The translations under genes and the position numbers were made by a program. A stretch of DNA of 64,000 nt from contig OZ244252.1 in NCBI GenBank assembly GCA_965217185.1, positions 3,480,338 through 3,544,337 of the forward strand. The letters are read 5' to 3'. Shown here one piece after another: positions 44,377 to 52,475 of the stretch (the stretch's first letter is position 1; every line of letters starts with the position of its first letter). The notes beneath the pieces are model-generated. The model was not told the origin of the DNA and did no database searches. It worked only from the letters and a program-made list of their open reading frames with translations. The stretch comes from an uncultured Candidatus Entotheonella sp. GTDB taxonomy: Bacteria; Tectomicrobia; Entotheonellia; Entotheonellales; Entotheonellaceae.

Positions 44377-45912
44377 ATGGATCGACCCAATGACTCGGCG
44401 GCCACGGAAACGCGGCCCTCGATGTCTCCTGACGTTCGGATTTCGGTAACGAATTTCGGACCCATCACAGAGGGCACGATAGACCTGCGGCCGTTGACGG
44501 TATTCGTTGGCCCAAGCAATACGGGCAAGACCTATCTCGCAGTTCTGATCTACGCTCTTTACCGGGTTTTGGGTGGACTTCCTCGGGTCCCTGTCATGCA
44601 TCGGCATCGTTACGCTTTTGGACAAGCTCCCCGACCCGACCAATTGACAGACGAAGCAGTGCAGCAAGAAGAACTCCGGGATGTGCTGGAAAAAATGTCG
44701 AACTCAGAACAAGCATTCAGATTCTGCGACTTGCCCGAAAGTATGCGCGGCGTAGCACAGGTCGAACTCAGCGATCCGGACCGACTGGCGGCTGGTCTAG
44801 AGACCGAACTCCGTCGCTGTTTCGACCTTGATTCGATTTCCGATCTGGTTCGATTCTCCGGGCGCCCCGACGGCCTACAGTTTTCGCTGGCTGTCAGCGA
44901 GGAAAGCCAAGCTCTCTGGCGGTTCTGCATGGGTGTTTCTCAAACGGGTATCACGGCAAACGGACAAATCACCGAAGGCATGGTCCTCCTTCCCGAAGGC
45001 TGGTCGCACCAGAAGGAATGGAGACCTAGCTTTCTACCACCCCATTGGAGTCTGCCTGAAGCACTTTGGTCTACGACCAACGCCGCTAGAGATCAGGGCG
45101 AAACCCATTATCTGCCGGCCGCACGCGGCGGCATCATGCAGAGTCATCGCGTTATTGCAAGTTTGCTCCCAAAGCTTTTCACCAGGGCAAGGGTCGAACC
45201 TTTCGAGATTCCGACGTTTTCCGGCGTAATGGCTGATTTCATGGAGCGGCTCATCCTTTACCGAGGGGAGCGAAAGCGGCAGAACCCATTGAGAGAAATT
45301 GCCGATGCCTTTGAACGCGAGGTGCTTGCCGGGCGGATAGAGATTCGGAGGTTCTCAGCGAGTGGGTATCCAGAGTTCGTTTACCAACCCCAGGAAACAG
45401 AAGAGGACATTCGTCTGAGTCGTGCTTCGTCTATGGTCTCCGAACTCGCTCCCGTCGTGCCATTCCTTCGGGGCACCATCAACCGCGGCGACATGTTCAT
45501 CATGGAGGAACCCGAAGCCCATCTCCATCCCGCCGCCCAAACCCAGATAGCAGTGACTTTGGCGCGTATAGTGCGTGCCGGAGTGCGGGTCGTCGTCACG
45601 ACGCACAGCGACTGGTTGCTCCAGGAAATCGGCAACCTAATGCGGGAAGGGGAGTTGGAAGAACAGACTGGCAAGCCTACGAGCGAAGAAGGTCTTCCGA
45701 GTTCGCTGCGCCCCAGCGAAGTGGGCATCTGGCTGTTCCGTAAGGATGAAGACTCAGCGGGCTCCATAGTGAAAGAAATCCCGTTCAACCGCAGTGAAGG
45801 CGTCGAACCCGAGGAATATGAAGACGTTGCCGAGGAACTGTACAACCGTTCAGCGAACCTGCAGAACCGGCTCGAAGAAATAGCAGGGGATGCGGAACGC
45901 GACGATGAGTGA
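44377..45912 (+). CDS. ABC/SMC-like ATPase of the AAA_15/AAA_21 type (Septu PtuA / PARIS AriA-like architecture)
   Basis: Walker A VFVGPSNTGKTY. Walker B plus D-loop MFIMEEPEAHLHPAAQ. H-loop VVTTHSDWLL. Long helical insert between them. 511 aa. Confidence 0.75.
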   Translation: MDRPNDSAATETRPSMSPDVRISVTNFGPITEGTIDLRPLTVFVGPSNTGKTYLAVLIYALYRVLGGLPRVPVMHRHRYAFGQAPRPDQLTDEAVQQEELRDVLEKMSNSEQAFRFCDLPESMRGVAQVELSDPDRLAAGLETELRRCFDLDSISDLVRFSGRPDGLQFSLAVSEESQALWRFCMGVSQTGITANGQITEGMVLLPEGWSHQKEWRPSFLPPHWSLPEALWSTTNAARDQGETHYLPAARGGIMQSHRVIASLLPKLFTRARVEPFEIPTFSGVMADFMERLILYRGERKRQNPLREIADAFEREVLAGRIEIRRFSASGYPEFVYQPQETEEDIRLSRASSMVSELAPVVPFLRGTINRGDMFIMEEPEAHLHPAAQTQIAVTLARIVRAGVRVVVTTHSDWLLQEIGNLMREGELEEQTGKPTSEEGLPSSLRPSEVGIWLFRKDEDSAGSIVKEIPFNRSEGVEPEEYEDVAEELYNRSANLQNRLEEIAGDAERDDE

Positions 45913-46391
45913 GGTTCTCAACAAGCTCCGGTCACAAGTAGGCGCAGCAAATCTCAGCAATTCGTGCAGCCGGGACGGGTGCCAAGTTGATATCACGGAT
46001 GTGCCACGCAGCCGCGTCATCATAGACATGGACAAGGCGCTCTCAGCTTCCACTACGACAGGCAAACGATGTGATTACGTCCTGTTCTTCATGGATGCTG
46101 AAAACACGCTCGTAACGGTTCCCTTGGAACTCAAGAGCGGTGGTGTCGACTCAATATCGGAGGTCTGTGAGCAATTGCAACAGGGCGCAACATACGCCGA
46201 AGACCTTGCAAGGGAAGATTCCGAACCTATCTGTCGCCCGCTCCTGTTCCATGGCAAGGGCATCCACAAAGCGCAACGCCCTAAATTGAATCGCGCCAAG
46301 GTTCGTTTCCGCGGCAGGAGGCGGCAGGAGATTGACCATTGACACGACACGCTGTGGCGAGAATCTCATTCGTGCCCTGAAGGAGAAGTGA
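45905..46391 (+). pseudogene. Small PD-(D/E)xK-like putative nuclease, C-terminus frameshifted by a 10-bp tandem duplication
   Basis: The ATG at 45905 overlaps the ATPase stop (ATGAGTGA). GKRCDYVLFF...(about 15 aa)...VPLELKSG fits a D...ExK core. The current frame stops at 46340-46342. Without one repeat unit the ORF reads ...KVRFRGRRLTIDTTRCGENLIRALKEK* and ends at 46389-46391. Confidence 0.5.
46311..46330 (+). repeat. Perfect 10-bp tandem duplication GCGGCAGGAG GCGGCAGGAG
   Basis: Read directly from the sequence. Confidence 0.95.
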
Positions 46392-46459
46392 GCCCCCTGC
46401 CTACACATTGAGGCTGCGCATCCTTACTTCACCGGTAACGTCGAAAGGGGACGAATCCC

Positions 46460-46672
46460 ATGCGAAAACAGACCATCCAATACACCTCGCCCATCGACGC
46501 GCTGATTGCGGTGACCAAACAGTTGAGCATCTACGAAAGCCAGCACAAGATGGATTCGAAAGAGTTCTTTGACCAGTACAGCCGGGGCCAACTGTCCGAT
46601 GACGCAGTGTTCATCGATTGGGCCAACGATTACCGCCACTATCTGCACCTCCGTCGCAAGGAGCAACCATGA
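46460..46672 (+). CDS. Small 70-aa protein, first gene of a three-gene hicBA-containing operon
   Basis: Coding-like sequence with an ATGA overlap onto the hicB start. I recognise no family. Confidence 0.5.
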   Translation: MRKQTIQYTSPIDALIAVTKQLSIYESQHKMDSKEFFDQYSRGQLSDDAVFIDWANDYRHYLHLRRKEQP

Positions 46673-46872
46673 AGCTAAAGGTAATCATCCACGAAGCGGA
46701 AGAGGGTGGTTATTGGGCCGAGGTACCCGCCATCCCCGGATGCGCCACGCAGGGCGAGTCATTTGAAGAACTGCTTGGCAATCTCTACGAAGCCGTCGAA
46801 GGTTGCCTGTCGGTGGATGTTCGAGACATACCCACTTCAGATACCGACAGGGTTATCGAAATTGCTGTATGA
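46669..46872 (+). CDS. hicB: HicB-family antitoxin (UPF0150)
   Basis: MKLKVIIHEAEEGGYWAEVPAIPGCATQGESFEELLGNLYEAVEGCL. Confidence 0.8.
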   Translation: MKLKVIIHEAEEGGYWAEVPAIPGCATQGESFEELLGNLYEAVEGCLSVDVRDIPTSDTDRVIEIAV

Positions 46873-47030
46873 AGGCCGCTAGCGGAAAGCGATTTCGCCG
46901 ATTGCTGGAATCAAAAGGATGGCGCCTAATGCGCATCAGCGGCAGCCACCACATCTACGCCAAGGCGCATGCACCAATCCGCATATCAGTTCCGATTCAC
47001 GGCAATACGCCCCTCAAAATCGGCATGTAG
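46869..47030 (+). CDS. hicA: HicA-family toxin, probably truncated by an in-frame TAG
   Basis: MKAASGKRFRRLLESKGWRLMRISGSHHIYAKAHAPIRISVPIHGNTPLKIGM, then TAG at 47028-47030. The same frame continues RHFMKLADN to a TGA at 47058-47060, which looks like the normal HicA C-terminal helix. Confidence 0.7.
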   Translation: MKAASGKRFRRLLESKGWRLMRISGSHHIYAKAHAPIRISVPIHGNTPLKIGM

Positions 47031-47206
47031 AGGCACTTCATGAAGCTCGCGGACAATTGACGAATCGGAACTTTAGACCCCACCGCACCGACCCACTTTT
47101 GACGCAGCAGCCAAAATGCGCTAGAACTCAACACTTCCCAGCTTGCATCATCCCACTGTGCCGGCTCGCCGTGCGATACTCTCGCTCAACACACTTGGAG
47201 GTCATC

Positions 47207-48439
47207 ATGCCCAGGCTTCAATTTGGCGCCTTTCTTGCCCCGCACCACCCCATTGCCGAGAATCCGACGCTGCAATTTCGCGGCGACCTGGACTTCGTGG
47301 AACACCTGGACAAGCTCGGCTTCGACGAGTTCTGGTGCGGGGAACATCACTCGACGGGCTGGGAGATGATCGCCTCCCCGGAGATGTTTCTGGCGGCGGC
47401 CGGCGAGCGGACCCATCGCATCAAGCTCGGCACGGGCGTGGTGTCGCTGCCGTACCATCACCCCTTCATCGTGGCGCAGCGCATCGTGCAACTCGATCAC
47501 ATGACGGGCGGGCGCGCCATCTTCGGCTCCGGGCCGGGGGCGCTGCCTTCCGACGCCCATACACTGGGCATCGACCCCATGGTGCAACGCGACCGGCAGG
47601 ACGAGGCGATCGGCGTCATCCGGCGCCTGCTGCGCGGCGAGGAGCGCTTCAGCTACGAGTCGGACTGGTTCACCCTGCGCGACGCGTGCTTGCACCTGCT
47701 GCCGCTGCAGGAGGACCTGCCGTTCGCCGTCGCCTCCATTATCAGCCCGTCCGGCATGACCCTGGCGGGCAAGCACGGCACCGGGGTGCTGTCCATCGGC
47801 TCGATGTCCACCGAGGGGCTGCAAGCCCTGCCGTTGCAGTGGAGCTTCGCGGAGGAATCGGCGGCCAAGCACGGCAACACCGTGGACCGCCGCGATTGGC
47901 GCATCGTGATGTCGTGGCACGTTGCCGAGACGCGAGAGGAAGCTCGGAAACAGGCGCGGGAAGGACTGATGCACTGGCACAACGAATACTCGGTCGGCAC
48001 CCTGATGCGGCCCGGCGTGGAGGCGTTCAGCGACCCGGACGAGGCGGTGGACAAGACGGCTTTCGGGGAGGATTCGGCGTCGGTGATCGGCACGCCCGAC
48101 GATCTGGTGACCGCCATCCACCGCATGACGGAGCTGACCGGCGGCTTCGGAACCGTTATCGGCTTCGTGCACGACTGGGCAAATAGGGAGAACACGCTGC
48201 GGAGCTGGGACCTGGTGGCCCGCTACGTCATTCCGAAGGTGAACGGCATGCTGGCGGCGTACCGCGAGTCGCGCCAGTTCGTGGTGGAACACCGCGACTC
48301 GTTCCAGCGCGCCAACCAGGCGGTGCTGTCCAAGATCATGGAAAACGAGCGCGCCGCCGCGGCCGCGGAGCAGACCGGCAACGGACGCTTCGCCATTCCG
48401 GCGCACCACGCGCCGGACATGGAGAAAACGCCGTCGTAA
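47207..48439 (+). CDS. Luciferase-like (LLM class) flavin-dependent monooxygenase
   Basis: MPRLQFGAFLAPHH...LGFDEFWCGEHHS...VSLPYHHPF is typical of the LLM N-terminal region. Confidence 0.8.
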   Translation: MPRLQFGAFLAPHHPIAENPTLQFRGDLDFVEHLDKLGFDEFWCGEHHSTGWEMIASPEMFLAAAGERTHRIKLGTGVVSLPYHHPFIVAQRIVQLDHMTGGRAIFGSGPGALPSDAHTLGIDPMVQRDRQDEAIGVIRRLLRGEERFSYESDWFTLRDACLHLLPLQEDLPFAVASIISPSGMTLAGKHGTGVLSIGSMSTEGLQALPLQWSFAEESAAKHGNTVDRRDWRIVMSWHVAETREEARKQAREGLMHWHNEYSVGTLMRPGVEAFSDPDEAVDKTAFGEDSASVIGTPDDLVTAIHRMTELTGGFGTVIGFVHDWANRENTLRSWDLVARYVIPKVNGMLAAYRESRQFVVEHRDSFQRANQAVLSKIMENERAAAAAEQTGNGRFAIPAHHAPDMEKTPS

Positions 48440-48453
48440 GGCGGAAAACGGGA

Positions 48454-49902
48454 TCAGTAACCCGGCGGCGGGGTGAAGGCGAAACCGGCCTTTTCGAGCA
48501 ACTTGGCAAGGCCGATGGTTTTGAGGTCGCCGAACTCCGGCCCGATGATCTGCACCCCGATGGGCAGGCCGTTGGCGCTCAGCCCCCCCGGCACGATGGT
48601 GGCTGGCAGGTAGGCGCAGATCGCCAAACCGGCCCAGAAAATCTGCTGGAAATACGGCTGCGGTACGCCGTCCACCTTGATGGTCCGCTTCTCAAAACGC
48701 TGGTGATCGTGCTCGAACGCCGGCGTCGCCATGATCGGCGTAATCAGCGCGTCATGCGTCTTGAAGAAATCGTGCCAGGCCCAACGCAGATGGGTGCGCG
48801 CCTCGTTGGCCTTGGCGTATTCCCAGTGGCTGGCGGTCTGCCGCCGCAGCGTGCGGGCGCGGTCGCTTTGGTCGTCGGGGCTCAGGGCCGCCACGTCCGC
48901 CTGCATCTTGGCGTAGGCGTCCCCCGGCTGCCGGGCGGCCAGCGTGGCTTGCAGAAGCAACTGGTAGGTGTCATGAGCCTCATGGGCCACAAAGTCCGGC
49001 CGCGCCGTTTCGTCCACTGTACCCCCTGACCGTGAGATGGCCTCGGCAACCGCCTCGACTTTCCCCACCACCTCCTGGCTCACCGGCGCGATGTCGTCAT
49101 TCTTCCAAACCGCCACGCGATATTCGCCCAGCGACGTTTGGCTGGGCGCTTGCAGGTCCAGCCGGTAACCGGCCCGCTGTAGCTCGTCCGGGCCAGCGGT
49201 GGCCTGCACGCTGAGCTCGAGGTCCGCGGCGCTACGCGCCAGCGGGCCAATGACGGAAAGGTCAGACTGCGCCAGAATGCCCGGCGTGGCGTGGCCTCGG
49301 GGCGGCAACAGGCCCCACGTCGGCTTGTGCCCGAAGACGCCGCAAAAGTGAGCCGGATTGCGGATCGAGCCGCCGATGTCGGAGCCGATTTCCAGGGCCG
49401 TCATGCCGCTGGCCAGAGACGCCGCGGAGCCGCCGGAAGAGCCGCCGGGGCCGCGCTGCGGGTCCCACGGGTTGTTGGTGGTGCCGTAGACGTCGTTGTA
49501 ACTCTGGAAATCCGCCAGCCACAGCGGCACGTTCGTCTTGCCGAAGATGACTGCCCCGGCCGCCTTCAGCCGCTGAATCGCCAGCGCGTCCTCGGCAGCG
49601 ATGTTGTCCTTCAACTGCGGCGAGCCAAACGTCGTCGGCAGCCCCGCCACGTTAAACGAGTCCTTGCACGTCATCGGCACGCCGTGCAGCGGCCCCCAGA
49701 CCTCGCCGCGCGCCAGCGCTGCATCGGCCTGCCGGGCGCGTTCACGGGCGCGGTCGGCGTCCTGTACGATGATGGCATTGAGCTGCGGATTGAACCGGTC
49801 CACACGCTCCAGGTAGTGATCGAGAAGCTCCAGGCAGCCGATCTGCCGGTCGCGGATCAATTGCGCCAGCTCAGCCGCCGGCTTGAACGTCACGTCAGTC
49901 AT
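48454..49902 (-). CDS. Amidase-signature family amidase
   Basis: GGSSGGSAASLASGMTALEIGSDIGGSIRNPA is the AS signature. 482 aa. Confidence 0.9.
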   Translation of the reverse strand: MTDVTFKPAAELAQLIRDRQIGCLELLDHYLERVDRFNPQLNAIIVQDADRARERARQADAALARGEVWGPLHGVPMTCKDSFNVAGLPTTFGSPQLKDNIAAEDALAIQRLKAAGAVIFGKTNVPLWLADFQSYNDVYGTTNNPWDPQRGPGGSSGGSAASLASGMTALEIGSDIGGSIRNPAHFCGVFGHKPTWGLLPPRGHATPGILAQSDLSVIGPLARSAADLELSVQATAGPDELQRAGYRLDLQAPSQTSLGEYRVAVWKNDDIAPVSQEVVGKVEAVAEAISRSGGTVDETARPDFVAHEAHDTYQLLLQATLAARQPGDAYAKMQADVAALSPDDQSDRARTLRRQTASHWEYAKANEARTHLRWAWHDFFKTHDALITPIMATPAFEHDHQRFEKRTIKVDGVPQPYFQQIFWAGLAICAYLPATIVPGGLSANGLPIGVQIIGPEFGDLKTIGLAKLLEKAGFAFTPPPGY

Positions 49903-49940
49903 GTCTCTTCCTTATTCAAAGCTTGCTAGCCAGGGGCGGC

Positions 49941-52397
49941 CTACTCGCGCATCGCGGCGCCCAGTTCAGCGGCGGTGTGCTCCCGAATGCGCCGGTACAA
50001 CACGCGCACCTCGTCCTCGGTCAAACTGCGGTCGTCGGCCTGGAACGTCAGCGCGTATGCCAGGCTCTTCTTGCCGGTCGGAATCGGCTCGCCGTAATAC
50101 AGGTCGAAAAGCGTCACGTCGCGCAGCCACTCGCCGCCGGCGGCGCGAATGGTGTCCTCGACGGTCTGTGCCGGCAGGTCCTCGCCAACCACCAGCGCCA
50201 CGTCCTCCAGAACGGCCGGGAAACGCGAGATGGGCTGATAACGCCGCGGTTGCCGATGCGTCAGCAGGAGGGCGAGATTCAACTCCAGCATGGCCACCGG
50301 CTGGTCCGCCAAGTCGAACCGTTCGCACACCTGCGGGTGCACGTCGCCGGCAATGCCGAGCGCCTCGCTATTGACGGACAAGGCAGCGGTGCGTGCCGGA
50401 TGCAGGGCGGCGTGGGTGGCGGCGGCGAAGCGCACCTGCGGCACATTGAGGCGCTGCACCAGGATGTCGATGATGCCCTTGAGGTGCGTCCAGCCGAACT
50501 GCGGCGGCTCGTCGGCGGCGTGCCACGAGCGGGGCAGCAGCGGGCCGGTGACAGCGATGCCAAGATAGCGCTGCTCCAGCGGCAACTCCTCCCCGGCCTG
50601 CGGCCGGTACACCCGTCCGATCTCGAACAACGCCATGCGCTGGCGGTAGCGCCGGTTCGTGCTCAGGGTTTCCAGCAGGCTGGGCAGCAGCGATTGCCGC
50701 AGAAGCTGCCGCTCCTGGCTGATCGGATTGGCCAGACTGATGTAGTCATCGGCCACCGCCGGCGGTCCCTCGGCGCGGGCGCGGTTGATGCTTTCCAGGC
50801 TGGACAGGGAATAGGAGAGGATTTCGGTCAGGCCGCAGCCGACCAGGATGTCTCGGGTCTGCTCCAGGCCCTCCAGGTGGGGCTGTGAGCGTTGCGGCGG
50901 CAACACGTCGCGGATCAGCGTCGTCGGGATCTCGTCGTAGCCGTAAATGCGGGCGATTTCCTCAATCAGGTCGGCCGGCTCGGACACGTCGAGGCGGTGG
51001 CTCGGCACGGCGACTTCCAGGCAGGTGTCGCCGTTGTCGCGATGCGTCGTACAGCCGAACTCCAGAGACGTCAGAATCCGCGTCATGTCGGCGGGACTGA
51101 ATGCCATGCCCAGGATGCGCGTGACCTCCCCAGCCCGCAGCGTAATGGTCTTGGGGCTTGGCGGCGCCGGGTAGGTATCGGCGATCTCGGGATGCAGGGT
51201 GCCACCGCCCAGGGTCTCCATGAGCCGGGAAGCGCGCAGCAGGGCGGAAATCGTCAGGTCGGGGTCCACCCCGCGGCCAAAGCGCTGCGCCGCCTCGCTG
51301 TGCAGCCGCAACTGTTGGGAGGTGCGGCGGATGTTGACGAAATTGAAATTCGCCGACTCCAGAAAGATGTGCCGGGTGCCCTCGGTCACCTCGGTCGCCG
51401 CGCCGCCCATGACGCCGGCAAGGGCGATGGGGCCGGAGTCGTCGGTGATCAGCAGCATGTCGGTCGTCAATTGGCGCTCGACGCCGTCCAAAGTTTGCAT
51501 CGTCTCGCCCGGATGCGCCCGTCGTACCACGACGCCGCCTTGCAGCGTCTCGTGGTCGAAGGCGTGCAGGGGCTGCCCCGTTTCGAGCATGACGTAATTG
51601 GTGATGTCCACGATGTTGTTGATCGGGCGCTGCCCGGCATATTGCAACCGCCGCTGCATCCACGGCGGCGAGGGCTGGATGGTGGCGTTCTCGATCAGGG
51701 AAGCCGAGTAGCGGGCGCATAACTCGGCATCAGCGCTGGCCACGGAACCATACGCGGTGGTGGCAACGAGGGGTCCGGGCGCGGCGGCATCAGCAGGCCC
51801 GCCGCGCCAGGGCTGGCCGGTGAGGGCGGCGATTTCCCGCGCCAAGCCGATGATGCAGTTGGCGCGCGCCAGGTTGGGCGTCAGTTCGACCTCCAGAACG
51901 GTATCGCCCAGCGCGTCCGTTAACGGCTGTCCCACCGGCAGGTCGGGGTCGAGAATGATCACGCCGGTGTGATCGTCGGACAGCCCCAGTTCCTTTTCGG
52001 AGCAGACCATGCCGGCCGACTCCACGCCGCGGATGCTGGTGCGGCTGAGTGTCTGGAGGCGCGGCGTCTCGCTGTATCCGTCGTGCAGTTGCGCGCCCTC
52101 GACCGCGAAAGCCACCTTCTGGCCGCGGTCGCCCGGCTTCAGGTTCGGCGCCCCGGTAACCACCGTCTGAGGTTCGCCCTGCCCGTAAGCCACCGTGGCC
52201 AGCACCAAGCGGTCGGCGTGCGGATGGGCACTGACTTCCACCACCTCGCCGACGAACAATTTATTTCGCTGCCAGTCGGCCCCGATATGCTCAACCCCGC
52301 CCACCTCCAGGCCGGCCATCGTCATGCGGTCTACAAGGGTATCCAGAGGTATCGTAATCTCCACAAAGTCTTTCAACCAACTCAGCGGCGCGCGCAT
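49941..52397 (-). CDS. pheT: Phenylalanine--tRNA ligase beta subunit
   Basis: MRAPLSWLKDFVEI... start, B3/4, B5 and anticodon-binding regions. Immediately downstream of pheS. Confidence 0.95.
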   Translation of the reverse strand: MRAPLSWLKDFVEITIPLDTLVDRMTMAGLEVGGVEHIGADWQRNKLFVGEVVEVSAHPHADRLVLATVAYGQGEPQTVVTGAPNLKPGDRGQKVAFAVEGAQLHDGYSETPRLQTLSRTSIRGVESAGMVCSEKELGLSDDHTGVIILDPDLPVGQPLTDALGDTVLEVELTPNLARANCIIGLAREIAALTGQPWRGGPADAAAPGPLVATTAYGSVASADAELCARYSASLIENATIQPSPPWMQRRLQYAGQRPINNIVDITNYVMLETGQPLHAFDHETLQGGVVVRRAHPGETMQTLDGVERQLTTDMLLITDDSGPIALAGVMGGAATEVTEGTRHIFLESANFNFVNIRRTSQQLRLHSEAAQRFGRGVDPDLTISALLRASRLMETLGGGTLHPEIADTYPAPPSPKTITLRAGEVTRILGMAFSPADMTRILTSLEFGCTTHRDNGDTCLEVAVPSHRLDVSEPADLIEEIARIYGYDEIPTTLIRDVLPPQRSQPHLEGLEQTRDILVGCGLTEILSYSLSSLESINRARAEGPPAVADDYISLANPISQERQLLRQSLLPSLLETLSTNRRYRQRMALFEIGRVYRPQAGEELPLEQRYLGIAVTGPLLPRSWHAADEPPQFGWTHLKGIIDILVQRLNVPQVRFAAATHAALHPARTAALSVNSEALGIAGDVHPQVCERFDLADQPVAMLELNLALLLTHRQPRRYQPISRFPAVLEDVALVVGEDLPAQTVEDTIRAAGGEWLRDVTLFDLYYGEPIPTGKKSLAYALTFQADDRSLTEDEVRVLYRRIREHTAAELGAAMRE

Positions 52398-52475
52398 GCT
52401 TATGTCCCTTAATGCAGCCGCGAAGCACCGAGGCACGCCTCGGCCCCGCGATGCGGCCTGTGTTGCCGGTGCGGT

